Shown here: one piece after another, positions 26,975 through 39,300 of the stretch
Position numbering within the stretch: position 1 is the first letter of the stretch
How the letters are laid out: every line of letters starts with the position of its first letter
Assembly: GCA_028534125.1 (NCBI GenBank)
Contig: CM052818.1
Location: 4,342,001 to 4,406,000 of the forward strand
Length of the DNA stretch: 64,000 bases
DNA from: Lama glama
Taxonomy: Eukaryota
Reading direction: 5' to 3'
Notes under the pieces: model-generated
What the model saw: the letters and a program-made list of their open reading frames with translations, nothing else
Databases searched by the model: none
What the model was told of the DNA's origin: nothing
Made by a program: the position numbers and the translations under genes

Positions 26975-27519
26975 AGTTTTTCTTTTTCTTCTATACATCT
27001 TAGGTTCCTTGAGTGCAGCCCTGCAAATTAGACTGACGACAGATAGGTTAACGAGGGAAAACAAATAGAGGTTTATTAACAGGTGCATCACATTTACACC
27101 TGGGAGACTCCAGTGAACTTATATAGCATGTTAGCAGAGAACAATAATTTTGTGGAGAATTAATAAGACAAAAGAAAAAGACTGAGTTTCTAGGGGCAGC
27201 AAATTATGGGAAGACCAACGTCCGGGGACATGAATAGTAGATAAAGGCTAATGTCAGCAAAGTTCGTTATGTGGATCCCTCTGGTGCCTTCTCTGGGTTG
27301 ATAAGGGTCTAGCACAGTCTTGATGATTAACTTCTGACCTTCCTGATAGAAAGAGGAGTGGGGAACATCTTTACAAATTTACATCTGTCCTGCTTGTAGG
27401 CGAATAGGGGAGGGCAGAGAGCTTCTCTTGTATCTGCTCTTCTCAGTTGCCTTCAGCTCAAGTTAACCGTTATGCCAACGTGGCATATATGGGGGGTGGC
27501 AAATTCTACTACCCTTCAG
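26975..27519 (-). mobile_element. ERV1-type LTR (MER34/MER39-group-like)
   Basis: The - strand starts TGAAGGG..AGAATTTGCCACCCCCCATATATGCCACGTTGGCATAA, a typical opening for this LTR group; AATAAA on - at about 27073. The left boundary is approximate. Confidence 0.65.
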
Positions 27520-28869
27520 TTACTTAAACAATAAAAAGTATTTATTAGAAGGTTACTCGTAAGCTCCCATAATTCAAATAGAACGCCCGGGTCTCAGGAT
27601 GCACAGGAACCTTAGTAGCTTTCAGCCCCCAGCAATGAAAATCACAATCTCTCGAGGACTCATCTCCAAACTGCTTTTCTTCCTGCCAGGATGAAAAACC
27701 GCATTCCGCGATCCCACTAAGACCGCGAGGAATGGGGCAGGGCCAGGGAGCCAGTGCAAATGAGTGTGGGGTGATTCTGTTACCATAAAAATGGTGTAGA
27801 TAAAAAGGAGTGGTTCAGACCACGGAGCCATCTGCTTTTTCTCCTGTCTGTATGGTCACATCCAACTGTTCAGGAATTTATGCTGCTATGAAAAGGAAGC
27901 CCCAGGCTGACTCTCATTCTGGTGGATTTCCTGATCAGATGCCCATCGCTGAGGACTGGCTTTCCGCTGCCTCTGTGCCCTTCCTGCCCCTTGTCCCACC
28001 AAAGGTTGCTGGGGGGCCCAGAGGAGAGAGAAGAGGGAGTCCACACTGGACAGGAGGCCATAATCCCCCTAAGTGCATTACATGTAATTAAAGCAAAATA
28101 AAGGCTGGCAGTATTTATTTTAAAAATCACTGGTAGATGCTGTGAGTCTGTGCTATGTCCTCAGCAAATGAGACATAAAGGCAACATCCTCAGATGCGTA
28201 TCTAAGGCAGTGTTTCTTAGTACTTATGGGAATACTCATTTATAGAACGCTAGTACACTCAGTGATATTACTGTTAATTTTGAGGAAAGAGTTTTGGCAG
28301 CCAAAATACATTTGGGAAACATTGCATACTACGTTATATTTTTGGATATGCAAAATACACTGTATCAAACTAAAGGCTCTAGGAAATTCTGCAATTCCTT
28401 TGCTCACGCTGTCTCTTTAATGTGTAAATACATACACTAAAATATTCAATGATTATATTCCATGGGGTAAGTGGAACTGTAGACATTTTTTTTTGTTTGT
28501 CATTGTATTCTGACCACCCTTGATATCATATTCTGATTTTGATACTATATTCTGATTTTTCTGTAACTTATATATTTAAAAAGTTAAAAATCTATATGAA
28601 ATAGATGACAATTTAAAGATTAAATATCTGTTAAATACAAGAAATAAGGAGAATTTGCTCTCATCAAACAACAGAAGCATTTGATAATGTCTCCCATTAT
28701 CTTTAAAGTACACCACATTATTCAGTAAATATCTGAATTGGATATATGAATACAGCAATATCAGGGTGTCTATAAGATTTAACATAATATCCCAGTGACA
28801 TTACACAAATATTCATCCCTAAGACAGTATCAATTTTAAAAGTTCCTTATATTCTTTTACCATTACAAG

Positions 28870-29130
28870 TAACAACTTTTTACGCAAAAAGCTAAATAGT
28901 AAATCTTTTAGAATTTGCAGGCCATACAGTCTTGGTTGCAATTATTCAACTCTGCTGTTTTAGTATGAGAGCAGCTCTAGACAATACCTAAATAAATGAG
29001 TATAGCTGTGTTCCAGTTAAAGTTTATTTTGGACACTAAAATTTGAATCATGTACTTCTCAACTCATTAAGTATAATTACTTTTTTTTCTCTAACCATTT
29101 AAAAATGTAAAATCATTTTCAGTTCAAGGG
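28870..29130. mobile_element. MER58-like hAT DNA transposon relic
   Basis: atagtaaatcttttagaatttgcaggccatacagtct..gttgcaattattcaactctgc...gctgtgttccagttaaagtttattt. Confidence 0.7.
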
Positions 29131-29560
29131 CCATGTGTGGTCCCCGCTCACATCACAGTAGCATATGGGAGAAGTGATGGGATGTCCTTCCTAAGATGAG
29201 GTCGTAAAAACTGCAATTTCTGTCTTGGATGCTCGCTCACTCGCTCTCGGATCTCTGCCATGCTGTGTGGTGAGGTCCACACAGCAAGGAACTGAAGGCT
29301 CCAGCCAACAGTCAGAGAGGAACCGAGGACTCCAGACCACACCCATGTGAGTGAGCTTGGAAGCAGATCTTCCTCTCCTGATCGAGCCTTCAGATGACTG
29401 CAGCCTCATGCAACCTCCTGGGAGACTCTGCAACAAAGTCACCCTCTACCCCCCTAGACTCCCAACCCCACAGGAACTGTAGAATAATCAATGTGTGTTG
29501 TTTTTAACTGCTAAGTTTCGGGGGTAATTTTTTACACAGGCATAGATCATTAATACAGCA
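29130..29560 (+). mobile_element. MaLR LTR (MLT1E/F-like)
   Basis: gtgagtgagcttggaagcagatc...gagccttcagatgactgcagcc...ttttaactgctaagtttcgggggtaattttttacacag. Confidence 0.7.
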
Positions 29561-31009
29561 CCTGTGTTAGACCAGATCTGTTGGACTCCAAACACTAACC
29601 CCTCACATACTGCTGTTCTGACTCAAAACCCAATCCCTTGTCTGGGTGCCCCGTCTATGAACCCTGCTGTACTAAAACACTCCCTGAAACAGAGACTTAA
29701 CTCCAGCCGTTGGAATGTCTGTGTGTCACATATGGAACTAGTAAAAGAAGGGGGATATTTTCCTGCACATTATTTTCCATAAAACACTGGTCAGATTTTC
29801 TGAAACTTGTGGTTTAATTGCATCTTTCCCTCTAAAGAAAAAAAAAATGTTCATTCACTGCTTCCTAACCTGCCCAGTAACACCTTATCTCTTCTCAATT
29901 AACTTTCCAGTGTCTTTCCAGACAGTATGTGGTGCTTTGAGTGACAATTTTGTTTTTAAGAATTGTGTTCTGTTTTTCAGTTAGTCCCCTGATTTTCCTT
30001 TGTAATGAACAATCTATTCCACTGTTTATTGCTTCTTTCTCATCAGTATTAAAGGTCTTGTGAATGTTCGAGATCACATTTTGTAAAACATAAGGCAGGA
30101 AAAGCAAGAAAATAGTGATCACTCTGCTAAGCCAGTCACATGCTCCTGAGAGAAGCTTAGAGCCGGGCCAGTCATCACTAGCATGAAAACATCTTGTATT
30201 TTGTGATGTCAGGGTATTTAAATTTCTTCTTGTCCACAAATACCTTCTATATACTTAGAAAATGACTGGATCTCTGCATTCTGTCTCAGTGTGAAGGGGT
30301 TTCAGGCACCTGAGCCTGTGGGCACACGTGTGCATGAGGAAGAGAGGCAAAGGGTGGGAATTGGAAAATACCCAGTTGTTCTAACTTCCTTTATTCAACT
30401 TGTTTCTTAATTAATCAGGGACCTCTAAATGCAGAATAAACTACAAGAGCTCATTAAAAATTCCCATCTGGTCTTCAAACCCCATAACTATGTCTTCTAT
30501 GAAGTTGAACAGAATCATGGGAGCCAAATTTGACTAACTTGAGATGGGCTCTCAGTGATGACAGGGTTGCCAGGCACCGCAATCAGAGCTCAGGTGCCGG
30601 ACTTGGACCATTTCAGCTCACATCCCCTTCTGTCACTTATTTTGTTCTTATTTTTCCTTTTGCCTGCCCAGAACCTTCCCTGGTCCTTCTTTGGGAACCA
30701 GCACCCCCTTATTTGGGGAAATGATTCTCTCCAAGTATCTGGTTCTAAAACTTCTAGTTCCAGTTATGCTGAGGTCCAGCTGAGCCTTTCCCTCCACTGT
30801 ATACTGCCTCATCCATTCTTCCTTTTGTTACATTATATACGCAGATAGTCTTTCCCTAAACTGGTTAGAACTGAGTTATTTTACGTGCAACCAGTTGCAA
30901 ATGAATCCCAGCTAATTCAACTGTGCTAGGTGTTGTGGTGTAAATAAAAGAATAAGAAATACAAGGTATATGAAAAGGTAAAAAAGTAGAGACTTATGTC
31001 CGAAAGTGA

Positions 31010-31225
31010 ATGCATATAATTATTATGTACAATATGTAGTACATAATAGTTATATGTAAATATAATATAATAATTATATGTAAAACTACATATAATAAAT
31101 ATATCGGTATATGTACTGCATTAAATATACATATATTGTATTATGATATATACACTACATATATAATATATAATTATATTGTAGTAATATAATACAGTAA
31201 TTATAATAATTATAATAATGAATTA
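31010..31225. repeat. AT-rich low-complexity region
   Basis: Degenerate (TA/TAA)n run. Confidence 0.85.
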
Positions 31226-32262
31226 TCTGGTGGTGTCTTAGGTAGTTTTCAGCTAAAGTGCATTTAAAGAACAATATTGCAAACATAAAAAGTAAAATAA
31301 AAATAAATAAATAAAAACAATATTGCATTTGTGAAAAAAATCATTAAAAATTAACACAACACCTATTAGTTATGATCATATGCTTAGCATTAAACAAACC
31401 CCTCACTAATGAGATACAACCTATAATGCTGTGTTACAACCAGACATTCTGCCGTTGTTCTGTGCATTCATTGAGTTAAAAACCTTGAATTAGGGAAGAT
31501 GAAAACATCCTGGAGCCGGATGTTGGTAAAGATCACACAACAATAATGTACTTAATGCCACAGAGCTGTACACTTCAAAATGATTTAAATAGTCAATTTT
31601 CTGTTATGCATATTTTAACTACAATTTTAAAACAAGATATTATTTTTGAAAGTATCAGAAGAAATAGAAAGCCACCTTCAAGGAACCTAGTTTTAATGGA
31701 ATATTTATTTACATCTGTGGAGAAAAAGTGAGTCCTGTTGTCCTGGTTGTTCAGATAACATCTGTGGCAGAAAAAAGCAGGAGTTTTATTTGGATGTCAA
31801 TTTCTATGCTAAATTGGTCCAGAACAAATGCAAGAAAGAATTGGTATTAAGCTCAACACTGCTGAGACAGAGTCTGCCCTGTGACTGTAGGAGGAGGTAA
31901 CCATATTCCCTCAAGAGTCTAGCAGGCAAACAGGAGGTGTGCTGCTCATTGCCATGGCTACAAGATCCTCTAGGCCTAAGGTAGGACCTAGATTCTTCAG
32001 AACTGGTCCAGGAGGATGGCTTTGTCTTCAAGTCGAGCAAGTGAAGCTAGGAGAGGAAGCCTTAACATAAACGTACAGTGATCTAGTTAAAAATCTCTGA
32101 TGCCAAGGCATCCTGAGGCTAGAGAAGGGAAGGAATCTGGCACATTGAAACCCACTTTAAAAAAAATAAATAAAAGAAGAATGAAATAGCTCCAGCAGTT
32201 GTTAAGCTGCACATGAATACAGATTGAATGATAAACGCAATAAAGTGTCTGCTAGGATTGCC

Positions 32263-32264
<2 letters not shown>

Positions 32265-32297
<33 letters not shown>
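32265..32297. repeat. (CA)n microsatellite
   Basis: Direct inspection. Confidence 0.95.
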
Positions 32298-32298
<1 letters not shown>

Positions 32299-35200
32299 TG
32301 CTATGCCCCGGGTCGTAATTCTGATTGTTCCTGAAGTCTATGACATGAATTCAGCACTGCGACTGGGACAGTGAACATGAAATGTTAGCCCAGTTCCTCT
32401 GCCAAGCCCACCATTTACTTGGGCATAATTTACCAGTTTCCAAAAGAATGGTAATAATGGTTGCCATTTAAGGTCACCAATTTGAGGTAATACTGCTAGA
32501 CACCTTAAAACTGTAGTAATATATTGTCATATAAGCAATAATAGCTACAATTTACTGAGTGTCTATATATGACTGATACTTGTGTGTTTTATATAATCTC
32601 ATTTGGTTCTATGAGCATTGTATATATTACCATTACCATTGAAAATACAGAAAAACCAGGGCTCTGAGAGGCTAAGTAGCTTGGTTTGTTCAAGGTCACC
32701 CAGCTTGTAATCAACAGAACTGGGACACAAACACATCCATTAGACACTATACCTGTATCCTTTGCACATTTGTATCAATAATGAGAAATTGTCCCGTTAC
32801 TTTGACATCTACTTATTCCATTCTAAGAAGTTGCATTTACTTGTTCTGAAAAGGTCAGTCCTAATGCAAGTTGCCCAGTATTTGTAACACCTCGTATTTG
32901 AAAAGTAATATATTTTTTCAAATGCTTTCCATTTTCTCATTTAATTCTTACAACACTGAGAAAGAAGTATTTTCACTCCCATTTTACAAATAATGAAAAT
33001 TGAAATGCAAAGATGTAAGTGCCTTGCATTAAAAAACCAATTAGTGGCTGAGCCAGGACTCAAACTGAAGTCATCTTACTAGATGTCCAACACTGTCTTC
33101 AATACACAGTTGGAAGTTGACTAGACTGTAGGATTGCTCAAAAAGTTGAGAAAAAATGACATTTTCAAAAAGACTTTAAAACAATTCCAAAAGGGTATCA
33201 CTTTCTTTCTAGTCCCCATCCACCAGCGTAACCAACATTAAGTGTGCTATATACCCTCTGATTCTTTTAAAAGTGCTAATAAAAACATAAACAAATGTAT
33301 ATGTGTTTTAAATAATATCATACCATAGATATTATTTACAATTAGATTTTTTTCCTCTTAACATTGTTCCAGATAAATCATTTGGATCCAATTACTTTTC
33401 AAGATATGCAGAAAAACCACATAAAGACATGTTTAAAGCAAGGACAGAAATTCAATTCAACAAATATTTATGGAGTGCCTCCTGTGTGGCACACACTGTT
33501 CTGTGCACTCTGGGGGTACAAAAATGAACAACACAAGCAAAAATACCTGGCCTTGGGTTTCCACAACTTGCCACTGTGGAACCACCCCACTTTTATCATT
33601 AACAGTTTTAAGCATACATGTTTGCCAATACAACGTATAATTTATTATTTTAACAGTGGCATAAATTCTATAGTGTGGGTATATGAGAATTTTTTTCAGC
33701 CATTTATTTATTGGTTAACCTTCAATTTATGGTTGGTTTTGATCTTTACAATCAACACTACAATAAACACCTGTATTACAATTCTATACAGTGTAACGAT
33801 GCTTTTACTTCTTCTGAAGGATACATATTTAAAAGTAGGATTTCTGATGAGATATATATGTAGTTTAATTTGATTTTGATTTTGATTTTAATTTAATAGA
33901 TTCATCTGATTTCTTCTAAGAGCACTGATTTCCCTACATTTTTACCAACAGTGAATTTTAAGTCTCTTAAAATTTTGCCAAGCTGATAGGCCAAATAGTT
34001 CAATGTTACTGATTTAATTTGCATCCTCTGGCTCTTCTGCTAGAGATGGTGAACGTCCTTATATATGCTTATTGACCATTTGCATTTCCACTTAAGAATA
34101 ATTGCTAATATTAGAATCGGGAACTGGAATATGCATTATCTCATTTGATCCTCACAACAACTCTACCAAAGAGATAGCACCTGCTTCCCTCCACCCATTT
34201 TACAGATGAGAAAACCATTTCCAAGAGATTATGAAATTTACCCAAGGTCACACGCCTGCCAAAGTGGTAGGGTGGGGATTTTAACAAGTTTGATTGTAGT
34301 GCTTCTGGGCTTAATCACTGCACAAATTACTTCTGCTGCCAGGAACATTTTCAAGCCATTCCCTCCAGTCTTACTCCTTATCTTCTAGAGAAGTCTGAAC
34401 AACTTAGCTAAATTAGCAAATGCTTGAAGGCTCCCTTTGCAGAAGACACTACGGTAGACATCATTGGGCGGGTGATCTGAATCTTCCTGGGGAACCAGCA
34501 TACACCATATGTAAGGAATACACATCAGTATCTTTAGAAGGAATATGATTTAATGTCAGTAACTGTGGTGTGGCCAGCAAATCTATCCAATGTCAAATGG
34601 ACTGAGAAACAAATGACCATACACAATTCTGGAGCCCTACAGTACTGAATACTCTTCAAGGAATAGTGTAGGGAGTATTGCAAACAACTCTGAAATCAGG
34701 GTTAAAACTGATTTATTTTTGTAGAATACTGTAGGAAACAAATCACGTTCAAGATGATGCTATTTCTAAAGAAAAGCAGTCCTACCTTGAGTGAACAAAA
34801 ACTATCAAACAGACCCAACCCTCCCCGTTTATCCCCACTAACCCGCTTCTCCGTGTCCCAGGTGTGCTCACTGGCCCTGGTACTATCCACCTAGGTGGTG
34901 CTGAAGCAGGTGCTCACTCTCTGCTATCTGAAGCCATACCAGCGGAGCCACAGCACCCTAGGTCTCCCCCGGCCTCCAAAGTCACAAGCTGTCAATCGAC
35001 TTCTGCGTTAAAGACTTTCTAATCACTCTTAATATGCAAATCTAAACCCTGCCGTATCGCTCCAGGTGCCCTGCCAATAATCTTTCGACCGATCCCTCCT
35101 CTTGACCACGATAAGCAGCTACGCCTTAGACCCATGCCAGTTGCCTTTTACAGGGTTAATACTTCATCCTACAAGATCTGTGTAAACATACGTGATACTT

Positions 35201-35439
35201 TACACCGTGTCATTCTTGAAACAAGCTTATGTATAATGGAAATACACACTCACAAGAAGGTGTAGCTCCTTAAATACATATTGGTTATTTTCCTTTTTCT
35301 CGTGCACATTCCTAATCCAGTATGGCTCGCAGTCCACATTAGATGGAATTGCGCCTTCCCTCAGCCATTTCCCCTAAGCTTTGGAAAGATGAATTTCCTG
35401 AAATTAAAAACACTGGCTAGCGGTTTCCTGCCCTGCTTC

Positions 35440-36620
35440 CCGTCTCCCGTTCGCCTCTCGGTCTCCTCCCGCCTGGCTGGGGCTCGATCGGGGTGGTGTC
35501 CAGATTCCGAGGTCTCGCTGGTTGGCGTGTGCGGCTTAACTCCAGGACCTACCCTCTCTCCCCCCCCGCCCCCATCCTCTCCTCCGCCCGCCCCGCGCCG
35601 CTCTAGGAGGAGCCTAAATGTCCTCTTCCCCCGCTGAAGGGGATTGCGCTGCGTAAACTGGATTAACTCTCTCGCCCCCAGCAGCGCTGATCTGCCCGCG
35701 GCCTGAGGGCCGGAGCGAGCCCCCTGGTTCGCGGAGGGAGCGGCACGGAAACAGGGGGATGGGGCCGCTCGGGACCTCGGAGCTGTCTCTGGAGCGCACG
35801 TCCTCGCTAAGGGGGGCGGGGGCCTGCGGCCTCGGGAGCTGCTCCTCGGAAGCCGGGGCTGGCCGCGGCGACAGCGCGGGCTCCTAGCGGCAGCCTCCGC
35901 TCCGCCACCTCCCTCTCCCTCCCCGCTCTTCCTCTCCGCCCACCGCGCTCCAGCCGCTCGATCGCAGCCCGCGCCGTCCTCACCCCCCGGAGCCGCCGCG
36001 CCCGCCCGCGCTCAGCCATGGGGGACCTGCCGGGCCTCGTGCGCCTCTCCATCGCGCTGCGCATCCAGCCCAACGACGGCCCGGTCTTCTACAAGGTGGA
36101 CGGGCAGCGCTTCGGCCAGAACCGCACCATCAAGCTGCTCACGGGGTCCTCCTACAAGGTGGAGGTGAAGATTAAGCCCACCACGCTGCAGGTCGAGTGA
36201 GTGCGGGCGCGCGCCGCGGCACACCGGCCCCGCCTGGGGCACGCGGGGTGGATCGAGGCCCCCGGGACAGCCGGAGCCTCTCACGGGCGCCCCTTGCCTC
36301 GCGCCCAGCAGGCCCGGGCGGGGTAGGGGGATGAGGTCAGCTCCTTGCTCCCTTGGACCCCATTCAGCCTTACGCTTCTCTTTCCTCTTTTCTCTCTTCC
36401 CTCCACCCATCGCGGGGTGGGATGTTTAAATCAGCGACAAGAAACCAGGGAGTCGGGGGGTTTTTGCTTTAATTGTAAATTTTTCATCCTTTCTGTTCAG
36501 CCATCAGCGTGGACCCCGGGAGGCCGGGGTAGGGCGAAGGGGAGAAGCTCGCCGCGGGCTTCACCTACTGCAGTCCCGGTCCTCCTCTCCCAAGTCCCGG
36601 CCTCTCGCCCGGTTCTGCCC
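35440..36620. promoter_or_regulatory. CNRIP1: CpG island / CNRIP1 promoter spanning exon 1
   Basis: Very high GC and CpG density, several GC boxes (e.g. ggggggcggggg at about 35811-35822; ccccgccc-type motifs near 35564 and 35585), no obvious TATA box. Boundaries are approximate. Confidence 0.92.
36018..36196 (+). CDS. CNRIP1: Cannabinoid receptor interacting protein 1 (CRIP1a), coding exon 1 (179 nt)
   Basis: gccATGG Kozak; translates [59 protein letters not shown](E); GA|GTGAGT donor at 36197, phase 2. Confidence 0.98.
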
Positions 36621-37534
36621 ACGAGGGTGAAGGAGGGAGAAGGGCTGAGGGATGAGGTGTAAAGGTGGAGTGGGGTGGTTACTGGGGCTCCCTGAGGGAT
36701 GCTCCCCCCTTCTCCATCTGCCCCTAACGTGGCTGTGACCCCGCGGCTGGAAGAGTAGTCACAAGACAGAAGGCAGCCTCCTCTGCTTGGGCCTAGTTTC
36801 ACGGTTTCCCTTGCCTGGTGTTTTTCGTTTTCTCCTGTTCCGCCTGGTGATGGTGCCCGCGATTAGCAACATCTTTACAACAAAAGGATTTTTTTTTAAT
36901 TTATTGGTGGCAAGGATTATCTCTTCTCTGCTACCACGGTTTGATGCACCCAGCAGCCCTCTGGCTGGAAAGTCAGTGTGGAAGCGTGCAGTAGCTTATG
37001 GGGAAGTTTCCAGAGGTGGAGTCCTTTACCTCCCAGCTTCCACCTCAGCCTGGTGTGAAGTCTAGTGTGGAAAGAGGAAATAAACCACCATGTATTGTAT
37101 CTACCATTTGCTGAGCTTGGGAGTTGCAATGGAGAAGGCTTTGAATCCACCAGACACCTTTTATAGCTTCTGCCCAGCAGTAGTCATTAATCCAAGGAAT
37201 TTGTGCTGGCCTTCTAGGTTCCAGGCCCAAACTCAAGGACCTAGAAGCAAACCTAGGCTGTTGCAGGTTCTCCTGGTCCATTTACTTGTCAGCATCTCTG
37301 ACAGCTCCATGCACCTATTATCCATGTTATTTCCTAGGGTTCTATGCAACTGGATATGATCTAGGCTTCTCCCTTCCCTTCTTTCCTGGCAAACCCTTCT
37401 CCCAAGTCATCTGTTCTATTTCCTTTAGGGTAGTTCTCTATTTTTCAAGCTAATCTAAAAACCAATTTGTGTTCATGATATGACTTTTTTTTTCTTGTTA
37501 TGCTTTAATTTTATCAAGGTTTTTCAATGCCTTA

Positions 37535-38035
37535 ACCTAGTGGTTCTCCAACTTGAATGTATGTCAGAATCACCTAGAGGGCTTTAGTAAAACACAGGTG
37601 GCTGAGACCCATCCTAGAGTTCCTGGTTTACTACAGTGAAGTTACTGCTACTTCACTCTAGTTTCTAGAGTGAAGCGTAAGAATTTGCTTTCTAGCAGGT
37701 TGGTAGGTGATATTGATTCTGCGGGTCCAGGGATGACACTTTAAGAACGACTATTCTAACACAAAGAAGTGATGCCAGTGAGAATTTTTGGCATGTGGCT
37801 TGAATCATGGGACCCCTGATTGTTGGAACAGAAAAAAAATCATTAGAGAACTAGTTTAGTGTTTCTAAACCCTACCTGCACATTGGAATCTCCTAGGCAA
37901 TCTTAAAATATATTTACCAGTGCCCAAACCACACCAGATCAACTGAATCCTAATCTCTGGGGTTTGAGATAGGCTGGGTGTAGTAAGTTTTTAACAGCGC
38001 CACAGATGAGAAACTGAAGAGGAAGACCACTGACA
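37535..38035. mobile_element. Two MER5-like hAT relics in CNRIP1 intron 1 (about 37535-37760 and 37855-38035)
   Basis: tagtggttctccaactt...tcagaatcacctagagggc...cactttaagaac; second copy cacattggaatctcct...aactgaatc..aatctctgggg. Confidence 0.7.
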
Positions 38036-38291
38036 GAGTCTGACTCAGCCTTGTACAAGTATTCTGGATGAGAAAACTGATGTCAGTCCAGAGAAATTGA
38101 ATAGTTGGTCTAGGGTCACATGACTGCTTAGTTGGGAACTCAAGCCTCCTAAACTTTCAGAACTTTCTACCATATCACAGTGTTTCCTTCAGTCACAGCC
38201 TGTAGAGTTTCTGCCTAGGGTTGTGGTCCAGACCAGGACAGGGTGCCTAAGCCAATTCCTACTATATATGATCAACTCGAGTCCATTGCAG

Positions 38292-38442
38292 GAATATTTC
38301 CATTGGTGGTGTGGTTGTCCCACTGGAGCTGAAGTCTAAAGAACCTGATGGGGACAGAATTGTATATACAGGCACATACGACACAGAAGGTGTGGCCCCA
38401 ACCAAGAGTGGAGAACGGCAGCCCATCCAGATCACCATGCCG
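38292..38442 (+). CDS. CNRIP1: CNRIP1 coding exon 2 (151 nt)
   Basis: ttgcag|G acceptor completes the GAG codon; translates [59 protein letters not shown] donor, phase 0. Exons 1+2 total 330 nt, or 110 codons. Confidence 0.98.
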
Positions 38443-38859
38443 GTAAGGACTGCTTGGGGGTGCTGGAATGTGGTACCAAGGCAAATGGAAACCATGGAAA
38501 AGAAGATAATCACTATCTCCCCTTAAGAAAAGGTCTAAAATGAAATATTGTGAAATTATGAAACATTATTTCAATTCATGGTTTTGTATCAGAATATACT
38601 TGTTCATAATATCCCAGCACAGTCAATTAACTGGGAGATTGAATTTCATCTAATTCCTTTTCCCATCTCTGGAGATACTTTCTCTCTTTTGATATGTTAA
38701 TGGAATAATTATATAACATACTTTGAAATGCTTAACTTCATTTATTATGTAAAATAAATCCTACTTAATGTCATTAATCATTTTTAATATATTGCTACAT
38801 GCAATATGCTAATATTTCATTAAGGGTTTTTAAATTCTCATTTTATTGATTTTTTATTT

Positions 38860-39300
38860 GCTTGATTTGTCTGCAAATATATAAGGATCTCCTATATATC
38901 AGGTACTGGGAGAAGAGTGGTAAACAAAACAGACATCCTTGGCTTCATGAGGCTTCTAAAGGAGGAAAACATACTGTATACATGAGTGTCAATAATAAAG
39001 TAAATAATTATTATTATATAAAATATACTGAAAAAGTAGTGGTGAGTGGAGCATATACCAGAAGTCTTATCCTAGTCCAAGATTTTAGGGATTGCTTTCT
39101 TAAGAAAGAACTAAAGAATACGTTGAGGGAAGAGGGACCACTAGAGGAAAGAGGAGCTACAAAGGTCAAGAGATGGGGGAGAGCATCACATGTTCCAATG
39201 AATGAGAGAAGCCCAATATGGCTGGAGTAGAAAGTGAGGCAGAGACTGGCTCAAGATTAAGCTGAAGAGGTAAGTAGGAGTTAGATATTACAGTACCTTC
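38860..39300 (-). mobile_element. L2 LINE relic
   Basis: caaatatat..ggatctcctatatatcaggtactggg...ggtaaacaaaacagacatcct...gcccaatatggctggagtag. Confidence 0.6.

Noticed and set aside
27813..27832. RE1-like ttcagaccacggagcc
   Set aside because: It lacks a base in the left half-site and the right half is poor.
33364..33873. Longest ORF in the window (169 aa)
   Set aside because: It starts at a non-ATG codon, crosses L2 and L1-like relics, and has no recognisable domain or splice context.
35807..36410. Antisense ORFs of 88 and 132 aa over CNRIP1 exon 1
   Set aside because: These are stop-poor frames expected in a CpG island and opposite a GC-rich CDS; the peptides are low-complexity and unrecognisable.
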